Shown here piece by piece: positions 18,862 to 27,655 of a stretch of DNA of 32,238 bases. The stretch lies in the NCBI GenBank assembly GCA_041169205.1, contig JBEEJM010000063.1, positions 1-32,238 on the forward strand, read 5' to 3'. The DNA is from Pseudomonadota bacterium. Lineage in GTDB: Bacteria; Pseudomonadota; Gammaproteobacteria; Burkholderiales; Burkholderiaceae_C. The notes below the pieces were generated by a model. That model did no database searches. It saw only the letters and a list, made by a program, of their open reading frames with translations, and was not told where the DNA came from. A program made the position numbers and the translations under genes. The stretch's first letter is position 1. Each line of letters starts with the position of its first letter.

Positions 18862-20327
18862 TCGGTCTTGCGTATGACGCCATAGCGCAACAAGGTGCGT
18901 GCTCTTGCGCGCGCATGGTCGACGATAGGTTCTGGGTAGTCTCGGCCCAGCACAAACCCTGCTGCTGCCATTTCTAGCGGTTTGGCTAACCAAGGCGCAT
19001 GAATGGCCTTGGGGCCTAGCGCGGCCAACTGGGGCAGGTAGCGCTTGATGAACTTGCCTTCTGCATCAAACTTTTCACTCTGATTGGTGGGGTTGAAGAT
19101 GCGGAAATAGGGTTGGGCATCGCAGCCGCTGGAACTTACCCATTGCCAGCCGCCGTTGTTGGCCGAAAGGTCAAAGTCGTTGAGTTGCTCCGCGAAATAG
19201 CGCTCGCCCCAGCGCCAGTCGATGCCCAAATGCTTGACCAGAAAACTACCCGCCACCATGCGCAAGCGGTTGTGCATGTAGCCGGTCTGGTTGAGCTGCA
19301 ACATGGCCGCATCCACCAGCGGGTAGCCTGTGCGCCCCTCACACCAGGCCGCAAAGCGGGTTGCAGCTATCTCGCCTTCTTCCCAAGAAATCTGGTCATA
19401 TTCCGGTTTGTAGGCACCAGCCGTCACGTGCGGATAGTTAGCCAAAATTTGAAAATAGAAGTCGCGCCAGATAAGCTCTCCCAACCAAGTGGACGCCCCT
19501 TCGCTGCCGGTTAACTGTTGCTGCAAGGCCAACTGCACCAATTGCCGGATGGACACCGTGCCAAAGCGCAGGTGCACGCTCAAATAGCTGGGGCCTTTCA
19601 CCGCGGGAAAGTTGCGTGTTTCAGCGTACGCGTCCATGCGTTTGCAAAAATCGACGACCAACGATTGCGCGCCCGATTCGCCTGTGGGTATTTTGAGTCG
19701 CTGCAAGTTGCTGCTCTCGAAGCCCAGCTCGGCGAGATCCGGAACAACACAGGCATAGTGCGCCGGGCGCGGTGCCAGCGCTTGGGCAAAGGGCGTGACT
19801 TGGTAGGGGGCGACTGGACTGTCACCCAGCTTGGCGCGCCATGCCCGCGCGTAGGGCGTGAACACACCGTAAGGCTTGCCCATTTGTGTCAGCACTTCGC
19901 GTCGCTCGAAAATCACGTGGTCTTTGCAGGTGACAAACGCGATCCCCAACTTCGTCAAGCGCCCGGCCACCAAGGCGTCGCGTGCAACCGCCTGGGGCTC
20001 ATAGTCGTGGGCCGCAAACACGGCGTTGACACCCAGCTCCTGTGCCAGCCGGGGCACGGCGTCCGATGCCACCGCGTGCAGGACGATCAGGCCCGCGCCA
20101 TCTTGCTGGGCCAGCGCGCGCAGGTTGGCATCCAGTTCGGCCAACGACTCACGGATGAACTCGACCCGACGGTCCCTGCGCGGCAAGGTGTCCAGAATAT
20201 CCTTGTCAAAAACGAAACCGCAATGCACCTGCGCGCAGGCTTGCAGGGCTGCGCTGAGCGCGGCATTGTCTTGAGTCCGAAGGTCGCGGCGAAACCACAC
20301 CAGACCGCTATCAAATTGCTTGTGCAT
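18834..20327 (-). CDS. phrB: Deoxyribodipyrimidine (CPD) photolyase, class I
   Basis: LVWFRRDLRTQDN, VFTPY, SYLSVHLRFGTVSIR, ELIWRDFY, TGYMHNRLRM, NNGGWQW, PYFRIFNP; start set to MHKQF at 20327 because the longer ORF overlaps yqgE. Confidence 0.92.
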   Translation of the reverse strand: MHKQFDSGLVWFRRDLRTQDNAALSAALQACAQVHCGFVFDKDILDTLPRRDRRVEFIRESLAELDANLRALAQQDGAGLIVLHAVASDAVPRLAQELGVNAVFAAHDYEPQAVARDALVAGRLTKLGIAFVTCKDHVIFERREVLTQMGKPYGVFTPYARAWRAKLGDSPVAPYQVTPFAQALAPRPAHYACVVPDLAELGFESSNLQRLKIPTGESGAQSLVVDFCKRMDAYAETRNFPAVKGPSYLSVHLRFGTVSIRQLVQLALQQQLTGSEGASTWLGELIWRDFYFQILANYPHVTAGAYKPEYDQISWEEGEIAATRFAAWCEGRTGYPLVDAAMLQLNQTGYMHNRLRMVAGSFLVKHLGIDWRWGERYFAEQLNDFDLSANNGGWQWVSSSGCDAQPYFRIFNPTNQSEKFDAEGKFIKRYLPQLAALGPKAIHAPWLAKPLEMAAAGFVLGRDYPEPIVDHARARARTLLRYGVIRKTDQDAAGTAQ

Positions 20328-20348
20328 TGCAACCGCTAAAATTGGAAT

Positions 20349-20948
20349 ATGTCCGGCGATTCTGCACCCATCAACCTCACGAACCACTTCTTGATTGCAA
20401 TGCCCGCCTTGGACGATGCGATATTCTCCAAAAGCGTGGTCTACGTCTGTGAACACACCGAGCGCGGGGCGTTGGGCCTGATGATCAACAAGCCCGCCGA
20501 GCTCAAAATGGTGACCTTGTTTGAGAAGGTGGACTTGCCCCTGAACCGTGCCGACGTCGCCAACAGCCCCGTGTTTCAGGGCGGGCCGGTGCAGACCGAG
20601 CGCGGCTTTGTGTTGCACGTGCCGATTTGGGTGTCCCAAGACCAACCCGCTGAGTCGCTGTATGCGTCCACCATGCTGATCCCCGGCGGGCTGGAAATGA
20701 CCACTTCCAAAGACGTGCTCGAAGCCATTGCCAGCGGTGCCGGTCCCCGCAAGGTGCTGGTGTCGCTGGGGTACTCCGCTTGGGGCGAAGGCCAGCTAGA
20801 GACCGAGCTCGGCGAGAACAGCTGGCTCACCGTCCATGCCGACCCCGAAATTATTTTTGACACCCCGGTTGCACAGCGCTACGACAAGGCGCTGTCTTTG
20901 TTGGGCCTGCAGGCCTGGATGATCTCGTCCCAAGTGGGGCACGCATGA
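20349..20948 (+). CDS. yqgE: YqgE/AlgH family protein
   Basis: HFLIAMP, SVVYVCEH..GALGLMIN, GGPV, LGYSAWGEGQLE.EL..NSW, C-terminal GHA. Confidence 0.94.
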   Translation: MSGDSAPINLTNHFLIAMPALDDAIFSKSVVYVCEHTERGALGLMINKPAELKMVTLFEKVDLPLNRADVANSPVFQGGPVQTERGFVLHVPIWVSQDQPAESLYASTMLIPGGLEMTTSKDVLEAIASGAGPRKVLVSLGYSAWGEGQLETELGENSWLTVHADPEIIFDTPVAQRYDKALSLLGLQAWMISSQVGHA

Positions 20949-21370
20949 GCGCAACGCCTGGCACCTCTGCACAGGCGGTGCCCGCGTCGCTGTCCACCTT
21001 CATCGCATTCGATTTTGGGATGAAGCGCACCGGTGTTGCGGTGGGCAACCGTGTCTTTGGCACCGCGCAGCCGCAGGGAAGCATCGCTGCCCAAGGCGAC
21101 GCGCGGTTTGTGCAGATTGCGCAGCGCATCAAGGAATGGCAGCCCGACGCCATCGTCATTGGCGTACCCTACCACCCGGACGGTGCGGCCCATGAAAACA
21201 CGGTACGGGCCCAAAAATTTGGCCGTCAGCTGCACGGGCGATTTCAGTTGCCCGTGTTTGAGGTGGATGAGCGCTACAGCACCACCGAGGCACTGGCCGC
21301 AGGGGCTAAGGATGCCGACGCCGCCTCGGCCTGCATCATTTTGGAACAGTTTTTGAGGAGTCTTTCTTGA
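20945..21370 (+). CDS. yqgF: YqgF/RuvX pre-16S rRNA nuclease / Holliday junction resolvase-like
   Basis: AFDFGMKRTGVAVG, VIGVP, VDERYST, DAASACIILE. Confidence 0.94.
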   Translation: MSATPGTSAQAVPASLSTFIAFDFGMKRTGVAVGNRVFGTAQPQGSIAAQGDARFVQIAQRIKEWQPDAIVIGVPYHPDGAAHENTVRAQKFGRQLHGRFQLPVFEVDERYSTTEALAAGAKDADAASACIILEQFLRSLS

Positions 21371-21864
21371 CGACACTAGCATTAGATGCGGAAGCGCTGT
21401 ACCGTGAGTTGTTGCGCGGCGTGCAGCAACTGAGCAGTGCAGAAACCCGATTGGTGGGCATTACCTCCGGTGGTGCCTGGTTGGCCGAACGCCTACAGGC
21501 GGACTTGGCGTTACCCGGCAAGGCGGGTGTGATTTCTTCCTCCATGCACCGCGACGATTTTGCGCAACGCGGCCTCTCCAGCGGCGGGCAAACCCAGCTG
21601 CCGTTTGATGTGAACGGGGCCGATATTGTGGTGCTTGACGACGTGCTCTACACCGGGCGCACCATCCGCGCCGTCATCAACGAATTGTTCGACTATGGCC
21701 GCCCTGGTAGTGTCCGGCTGGCCGTGCTGGTGGACCGTGGCGGGCGCGAACTGCCGGTGCAGGCCGACTTTGCGGCTGCGCGTATTAGCCTGGGCAAAGA
21801 CCAGTCGCTGGCGTTGGCCCGCAGCGATGCCGGGGTCTTCAGTTTCAATCTGAAAGGGAACTAG
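21367..21864 (+). CDS. pyrR: PyrR-type pyrimidine regulator / uracil phosphoribosyltransferase
   Basis: HRDD, VLDDVLYTGRTIRA PRPP-binding loop, LVDRGGRELP; TTG start after SD GAGGAG. Confidence 0.9.
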   Translation: MTTLALDAEALYRELLRGVQQLSSAETRLVGITSGGAWLAERLQADLALPGKAGVISSSMHRDDFAQRGLSSGGQTQLPFDVNGADIVVLDDVLYTGRTIRAVINELFDYGRPGSVRLAVLVDRGGRELPVQADFAAARISLGKDQSLALARSDAGVFSFNLKGN

Positions 21865-21867
21865 CGC

Positions 21868-22830
21868 GTGCTGTACAAACGCAACCCCCAACTCAACAAA
21901 AATGGCGAGCTGATCCACCTGTTGTCGGTGGAAGGCCTGCCCAAAAGCATCCTCACGCATATTCTGGACACCGCCACCAACTTTGTTTCGGTCAACGACC
22001 GCGAAGTCAAGAAGGTGCCGCTACTGCGCGGCAAAAGCGTGTTCAACCTGTTCTTCGAGAACTCCACGCGCACCCGCACCACATTCGAGATTGCTGCCAC
22101 GCGCCTGAGCGCCGATGTCATCAATCTCGACATTGCCCGTTCCAGCGCCTCCAAGGGCGAGTCGTTGCTCGACACCATTGCCAACCTCAGCGCCATGGCG
22201 GCTGATATGTTTGTGGTGCGCCACGGCGAGTCGGGTGCGCCCTACCTGATTGCCCAACACGTGGCCCCCCATGTGCACGTCATCAATGCTGGCGACGGAC
22301 GCCACGCCCACCCCACTCAGGGGCTGCTGGACATGTTCACCATCCGGCACTTCAAAAAAGACTTTTCTAACCTCACCGTGGCCATCGTGGGTGACGTGCT
22401 GCATTCGCGCGTGGCGCGCTCGGATATTCACGCGCTCACCACGCTGGGCTGCGCCGAAGTGCGCGTGGTGGGGCCTAAGACTCTGGTGCCATCCGACATG
22501 GCGCAGATGGGCGTGCGGGTGTGCCACACGCTGGAAGAAGGCATCAAGGACTGCGACGTGATCATCATGCTGCGCTTGCAGAACGAGCGCATGAGTGGTG
22601 CGCTGCTGCCCTCGATGCACGAGTTTTTCAAGAGCTTTGGCCTCACGCCAGAAAAATTGCAACTGGCCAAACCTGACTGCATCGTGATGCATCCGGGCCC
22701 CATCAACCGCGGTGTGGAAATTGACTCTGCGGTGGTGGACGGCAAGCAAAGCGTGATCTTGCCGCAGGTGACGTTTGGTATTGCCGTACGCATGGCGGTC
22801 ATGAGCATCGTGGCGGGGAATGAAGCATGA
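21868..22830 (+). CDS. pyrB: Aspartate carbamoyltransferase catalytic subunit
   Basis: [30 protein letters not shown]. Confidence 0.97.
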   Translation: MLYKRNPQLNKNGELIHLLSVEGLPKSILTHILDTATNFVSVNDREVKKVPLLRGKSVFNLFFENSTRTRTTFEIAATRLSADVINLDIARSSASKGESLLDTIANLSAMAADMFVVRHGESGAPYLIAQHVAPHVHVINAGDGRHAHPTQGLLDMFTIRHFKKDFSNLTVAIVGDVLHSRVARSDIHALTTLGCAEVRVVGPKTLVPSDMAQMGVRVCHTLEEGIKDCDVIIMLRLQNERMSGALLPSMHEFFKSFGLTPEKLQLAKPDCIVMHPGPINRGVEIDSAVVDGKQSVILPQVTFGIAVRMAVMSIVAGNEA

Positions 22831-24119
22831 AGATACTGATTAAAGGTGGCCGCGTCATCGATCCGGCCAGTGGCTTGGATGAAAAAGCCGATGTAGCCCT
22901 CGTGGATACTGCGGTGGTAGCTATCAAAAATATAGCGACTGACTTCACCCCCGACCAGACGATTGACGCCACGGGCTGCATCGTCATGCCCGGTTTGGTG
23001 GACTTGTGTGTGCGTTTGCGCGAGCCCGGCCACGAGCACGAGGGCATGCTGGCTTCTGAGCTGGCTGCCGCTGTGGCGGGTGGTGTGACCAGTGTGGTGT
23101 GCCCGCCCGATACCGAGCCGGTGCTGGATGAAGCCGGCTTGGTCGAAATGCTGCGCTACCGCGCCGAGCGTCTGCACCAGGCGCGGGTGTTCCCCATGGG
23201 CGCGCTGACCCGCGGCCTCAAGGGTGAAATACTGACCGAAATGGTGGCGCTGACCGAGGCGGGCTGCGTGGCCTTTGGCCAGGCCGAGGTGCCGCTGCTC
23301 AACACCCAGGTCACCCAGCGCGCGCTGCAATACGCCAGCACGTTTGGCTATAGCGTGTGGTTGCGCCCGCAAGAGTTTCATCTGGGCAAGGGCGTGGCCG
23401 CCAGCGGGCCGTTGGCCACGCGCATGGGCCTCTCGGGGGTTCCGGTCGCGGCGGAAACGATTGCGCTGCACACCATTTTTGAGCTGGTGCGTGCCACCCG
23501 CGCCCGCGTGCACCTGTGTCGCATCAGCAGCGCCGCCGGTGTCGAGCTGGTGCGCCAGGCCAAGGCCGAAGGCCTGCCGGTGAGCTGCGATGTCAGCATC
23601 AACTCGCTGCACCTGACCGACCTGGACATTGGCTACTTTGACAGCCGCATGCGCCTGAACCCGCCGCTGCGCCAGCAGCGCGACCGCGACGCCCTGCGTG
23701 CCGGTTTGCTCGACGGAACCATTGACGCGCTGGTGTCTGACCACACCCCGGTGGACGAAGATGCCAAGGCCTTGCCTTTTGCCGAAGCCGAGCCCGGTGC
23801 CACTGGATTGGAGCTATTGCTAAGCCTGACGCTCAAGTGGGCGCAAGACAGCGGCACGCCGCTGGCCCAGGCTTTGGCTGTGGTTACCAGCCAGCCAGCC
23901 GCAGTGCTGGGTGGCTCGGTCGGCGCGCTGGCTGGCAGCATGGGTCGCTTGGCGGTGGGCTCCGTGGCCGATCTGTGCATTTTTGATCCGCAAGCCGCCT
24001 GGGTGGTGGAGCCCGCTGCGCTGCGCAGCCAGGGCCAGCACACGCCGTTTGGGGGATACGAGTTGCCGGGCCGGGTGCGCGCCACGCTGGTGGGTGGCAA
24101 AGTTGCCTACGCGGCCTGA
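22827..24119 (+). CDS. pyrC: Dihydroorotase-like protein, probably the inactive PyrC' ATCase subunit
   Basis: Amidohydrolase fold (GRVIDP, PGLVD, REPG, NPPLR, SDHTP), but the HxH metal motif reads DLCVRL; follows pyrB. Confidence 0.88.
   Translation: MKILIKGGRVIDPASGLDEKADVALVDTAVVAIKNIATDFTPDQTIDATGCIVMPGLVDLCVRLREPGHEHEGMLASELAAAVAGGVTSVVCPPDTEPVLDEAGLVEMLRYRAERLHQARVFPMGALTRGLKGEILTEMVALTEAGCVAFGQAEVPLLNTQVTQRALQYASTFGYSVWLRPQEFHLGKGVAASGPLATRMGLSGVPVAAETIALHTIFELVRATRARVHLCRISSAAGVELVRQAKAEGLPVSCDVSINSLHLTDLDIGYFDSRMRLNPPLRQQRDRDALRAGLLDGTIDALVSDHTPVDEDAKALPFAEAEPGATGLELLLSLTLKWAQDSGTPLAQALAVVTSQPAAVLGGSVGALAGSMGRLAVGSVADLCIFDPQAAWVVEPAALRSQGQHTPFGGYELPGRVRATLVGGKVAYAA
22882..22936 (+). 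repeat. Dispersed ~55-bp element, copy C, in frame inside pyrC' (core GCTAT-CAAAAAT-ATAGC at 22920-22936)
   Basis: 32/55 ungapped to copy B; TAGCCC, TGCG and the core sit at the same offsets as in copies A and B. Confidence 0.72.
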
Positions 24120-24131
24120 CCTGCGCTGCGC

Positions 24132-24884
24132 ATGAAGCAGCTCACGGCGGTCTGGCGTTTGCTGCGCGTCGTGCTGCATTTGCTGCACGGCGTGTGGATC
24201 ATTCGCCGTACCTTTCCAGGTCTGTCTGAAATCCAAAAAGAAGAGCGTGTTCAGGCCTGGGCCCGCGCTCTGCTTGCGCAGCTAGCTATCAAATTAGTAG
24301 TAAACGGGCAGCCACCACTGGGCGGCCCCGTGCTGCTGGTGGCCAACCATATCTCGTGGCTTGACATCGTGGTGATGCACGCCGCACGCCATTGCCGGTT
24401 TGTTTCCAAGGCCGATGTGCAGCATTGGCCGGTGGTTGGCACCCTGGCCGATGCGGCGGGCACGCTGTACATCACCCGCGAGTCGCGCCGCGACGCCATG
24501 CGCGTGGTGCACCAGATGGCTGAGCGACTGCAGGCGGGCGACGTGCTGGCCGTGTTTCCAGAAGGCACCACGGGCGACGGCAGCCAGGTCATGCCGTTCC
24601 ATGGCAACCTGATTCAGGCCGCCATTTCTGCCAGCGCAACAGTGCAACCCGTCGCCATGCACTTTGCCGACACCGTGACGGGAGCCATGAGTTTTGCCCC
24701 CTGTTACATCGGGGATGACACGCTGCTGCAAAGCCTGTGGCGCACCCTCACCACACCGAATCTCGAAGCCGTGGTCAGCTTTGGTACGGCGCAAACAGCG
24801 CAGGGCCGGGACCGTCGCGACTGGGCGCACGACTTGCGGCAGGCCGTGATCGACCTGCGCGCAGACCCTAGTCTTCGCGTCTGA
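24132..24884 (+). CDS. Lysophospholipid acyltransferase (PlsC/OlsA-like) family protein
   Basis: NHISWLD (NHxSxxD), FVSKAD and FPEGT acyltransferase motifs. Confidence 0.9.
   Translation: MKQLTAVWRLLRVVLHLLHGVWIIRRTFPGLSEIQKEERVQAWARALLAQLAIKLVVNGQPPLGGPVLLVANHISWLDIVVMHAARHCRFVSKADVQHWPVVGTLADAAGTLYITRESRRDAMRVVHQMAERLQAGDVLAVFPEGTTGDGSQVMPFHGNLIQAAISASATVQPVAMHFADTVTGAMSFAPCYIGDDTLLQSLWRTLTTPNLEAVVSFGTAQTAQGRDRRDWAHDLRQAVIDLRADPSLRV
24247..24301 (+). repeat. Dispersed ~55-bp element, copy D, in frame inside the acyltransferase gene (core GCTAT-CAAATTA-GTAGT at 24285-24301)
   Basis: 28/55 ungapped to copy A; GCCC, TGCG, AGCTA and TAG in the same register; rare codons CTA, TTA, GTA, GTA. 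Confidence 0.62.
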
Positions 24885-25935
24885 ACGTCACCACGTGGTC
24901 CACCTGGGGGCGGATGCCAATCCATTCGCCCAGAGAGTGGTCATGGTGGCTGGGCACATGGGCCATCACCGTCAGCCCACTGGCCAGGCGCAAGGTGTAC
25001 AAAAACTCGGAACCCCGAAACGCCTTGCGCGTGATTTCGGCCTTCACCGGTGCTGCATCGTCATGCACGATGTCGTCGGCGCGCAGCAAGATGTCGCACT
25101 CGCCATTCGGAAATGCGCTGGGCAGGGGGCACTCGGCTACCCCTCCCAAATCGCCCAGCGGCGTCTGCACCACCATCTGGCCGTGGCGCTCCAGAATGCG
25201 GGCCGGGGCAAATACCCCGTGGCCGATAAAGTTGGCCACAAAGCGCGTGGCAGGGCGGTGGTAGAGGGTGTAAGCGTCGTCCCATTGCTGCAACTCGCCC
25301 TCGTGCATGACGCCAATCATGTCGCCGATGGCAAAGGCCTCGAGCTGGTCATGGGTGACGAACAAGGCGGTAGCTCCCGCGGCTTTCAGAATGCCGCGCA
25401 CCTCATGCGCCAGGCGTTCACGCAGGTCGACATCCAGGTTGGAAAACGGCTCGTCGAGTAGCAGCAGCTGCGGCTTGGGTGCCAACGCGCGGGCCAAGGC
25501 CACGCGCTGTTGCTGCCCGCCCGACAGCTCATGGGGAAAGCGTTTGGCAGAACCTTGCAAGCCCACCCACTCCAGCACTTCGGCCACGCGCTCGGCACGT
25601 TGCGCCGGTGCCAGGTGGGCAATGCCAAACGCCACGTTGCGCCCTATGTCCAGGTGCGGAAACAAAGCGTAATCTTGAAACACCATGCCAATGCGCCGCT
25701 GCTCGGCCGGCACCCGGGTGTGTGCGTCACTGACGATGTGTTTGGCCAGGGCGATGGAGCCGTCGCTGGGGTTTTCCAGTCCTGCCACTGCGCGCAGCAG
25801 GGTGGTCTTGCCGCAGCCCGAGGGGCCGATGAGTACGCCAATATCGCCGGTGCGCAAGCCAAACGACACGTTTTTTACCGCAGCATGGCTGCGGCCCGCA
25901 TAGGTAACAGTGAGTTGGGAGACCTCGAGAAACAT
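24868..25935 (-). CDS. fbpC: Fe3+/polyamine-type ABC transporter ATP-binding protein (FbpC-like)
   Basis: GPSGCGKTT, VFQDYALFPH, LSGGQQQRVALARALA, LLDEPFS; start set to MFLEV at 25935; paired with an iron ABC permease. Confidence 0.85.
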   Translation of the reverse strand: MFLEVSQLTVTYAGRSHAAVKNVSFGLRTGDIGVLIGPSGCGKTTLLRAVAGLENPSDGSIALAKHIVSDAHTRVPAEQRRIGMVFQDYALFPHLDIGRNVAFGIAHLAPAQRAERVAEVLEWVGLQGSAKRFPHELSGGQQQRVALARALAPKPQLLLLDEPFSNLDVDLRERLAHEVRGILKAAGATALFVTHDQLEAFAIGDMIGVMHEGELQQWDDAYTLYHRPATRFVANFIGHGVFAPARILERHGQMVVQTPLGDLGGVAECPLPSAFPNGECDILLRADDIVHDDAAPVKAEITRKAFRGSEFLYTLRLASGLTVMAHVPSHHDHSLGEWIGIRPQVDHVVTFRRED

Positions 25936-25955
25936 GCTCCGGATTGTAGATGCCA

Positions 25956-25975
25956 GATGCATACAATTCTCATTT
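25956..25975. promoter_or_regulatory. Putative Fur box between the divergent iron ABC genes
   Basis: Minus strand reads AAATGAGAATTGTATGCATC, resembling Fur boxes of the AATGAGAATnnTnnnCAT form; overlaps TACAAT at 25962-25967. Confidence 0.6.
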
Positions 25976-26005
25976 AGACGCAATCCGCCAACCACCTCCT
26001 TACGC

Positions 26006-27643
26006 ATGTCCACCTTTCGTCCCAGCCACGGTTTGCTTCTGCTGCTCATCAGCGTGCTGATGCTGCCGGTATTGGCGGTGCTGGCCTCGTGGCTGCCCTT
26101 GGGCGCGCCCATCGGAGCCGCGTTGGCCATCCTGCGCGAGATGGCGGCTACCGTGTTGCCGGAGTACCTGGGTACCACCGTGTTGCTGTGTGCCATGGTC
26201 GCCGTGGGGGTGATGGCCTTTGGGTTGAGCACTGCGGCGGCCGTTACTTTATTTGAGTTTCCTGGGCGGCGTGTTTTTGAGTGGGCCTTGCTGCTGCCGC
26301 TGGCCATGCCTGCGTATGTGGTGGCGTATGCGTACAGCGACTTTTTGCAGTACAGCGGCCCACTGCAAACCGCACTGCGCAACGCGCTGGGGGCAGAAGG
26401 GCGCATGCTGCCCGAGGTGCGCAGCGTCTGGGGCGCAGCCTGGGTGTTTACCTTTGCGCTGTACCCCTATGTCTATCTGTTGGCTCGCACGGCTCTGGGC
26501 GAGCGCGCTTCGCACCTGATGGAGGCTGCGCGGCTGATGGGCGCACCCCTGGCGCGGCGCATGCGCGAGGTGGCTTTCCCACTGGCACGCCCCGCGGTGG
26601 CGGCGGGCGTGGCGCTGGCGTTGATGGAAACCCTGGCGGACTTTGGCGTGTCCAGCTACTTTGGTATTCAGACCTTTACCGCGGGCATCTACAAAGCCTG
26701 GTTGTCCATGGACAACCGCATAGCCGCGGCCCAGCTCTCGACGCTGCTTTTAGTGCTCGTCGCCCTCATGCTGGGGCTGGAGCAACACGCCCAAAAGCGC
26801 ATGCGCTTCTCGGCACTCAAGGGCGCGCGCGCAGGTGTTGCCGACGCGCAGGCGGTTCGCTTGCACGGCGTGCAGGCGCTGACGGCCTGGGGCCTGTGCC
26901 TGCTGCCAATTTTGATGGGCTTTGTGTTGCCCATTCTCTTCATGCTGCGGCCCATGTTGCAGGGCTGGGACGGGTTGCCTTGGGAGCGGTTTGGCCATTG
27001 GGCCTTGAACAGCCTGCGCCTGGCCAGCATGACCTCTGTGTTGGCGGTGGCTATTGCGCTGGGCATCGCTTTTAGTTTGCGCCAGAGCAGCCATTGGGTT
27101 CCGCGCACCGCAGCGCGTCTGGCCAGCTTGGGTTATGCCATACCGGGTGCGGTGGTGGTGGTGGGCTTGTTGCTTCCTGTGGGTTGGCTGCAGGAGAGGG
27201 CACCCTCGTTGCAGGTGGGCTACTTCATCACTGCCACGGCGCTGGGCATTGTGTGGGCCTATCTGGTGCGCTTTTGCGCGGTGGCCTTGCAGTCCTTGCA
27301 AAGCGGCTATGCGCGGGTGCCGCATAGTTTGGATGAGTCGGCGCGCATGTTGGGCGCGGGGCCATGGCGCATTCTGTCGCAAGTGCATTGGCCCTTGCTG
27401 CGTCGCTCGGCTGCTGCTGCGTTGCTGTTGGTGTTTGTGGATGTGATGAAAGAGTTACCCGCTACGCTGGTGCTGCGCCCGTTTAACAGTGACACGCTGG
27501 CAGTCGTGGCCTACCAGCTGGCGCGGGATGAACGTTTGGGAGAGGCCGCCTTGCCCTGCTTGGCCTTGGTGCTGGTGGGTTTGCTGCCGGTGGTTCTACT
27601 GAGCCGAACGCTGCGCGGTGCGCGAACTCCCAAAGGCGATTAA
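26006..27643 (+). CDS. fbpB: Fe3+ ABC transporter permease (FbpB/SfuB-like)
   Basis: FEFPGRR.FEWALLLPLAMPAYV, two EAA loops (EAARLMG, ESARMLG), ETLADFG, DVMKELPATLVLRPFN; start ATG 26006. Confidence 0.88.
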   Translation: MSTFRPSHGLLLLLISVLMLPVLAVLASWLPLGAPIGAALAILREMAATVLPEYLGTTVLLCAMVAVGVMAFGLSTAAAVTLFEFPGRRVFEWALLLPLAMPAYVVAYAYSDFLQYSGPLQTALRNALGAEGRMLPEVRSVWGAAWVFTFALYPYVYLLARTALGERASHLMEAARLMGAPLARRMREVAFPLARPAVAAGVALALMETLADFGVSSYFGIQTFTAGIYKAWLSMDNRIAAAQLSTLLLVLVALMLGLEQHAQKRMRFSALKGARAGVADAQAVRLHGVQALTAWGLCLLPILMGFVLPILFMLRPMLQGWDGLPWERFGHWALNSLRLASMTSVLAVAIALGIAFSLRQSSHWVPRTAARLASLGYAIPGAVVVVGLLLPVGWLQERAPSLQVGYFITATALGIVWAYLVRFCAVALQSLQSGYARVPHSLDESARMLGAGPWRILSQVHWPLLRRSAAAALLLVFVDVMKELPATLVLRPFNSDTLAVVAYQLARDERLGEAALPCLALVLVGLLPVVLLSRTLRGARTPKGD

Positions 27644-27655
27644 AGTGGCAGGCAT

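Noticed and set aside
20328-20645. 106-aa N-terminal extension of the photolyase in the ORF track
   Set aside because: It is the antisense of yqgE; photolyase similarity starts at MHKQF...LVWFRRDLR.
25936-26406. N-terminal extensions of the ABC ATPase (to 26406) and the permease (from 25910)
   Set aside because: They overlap each other and the Fur-like box; family similarity begins at 25935 and 26006.
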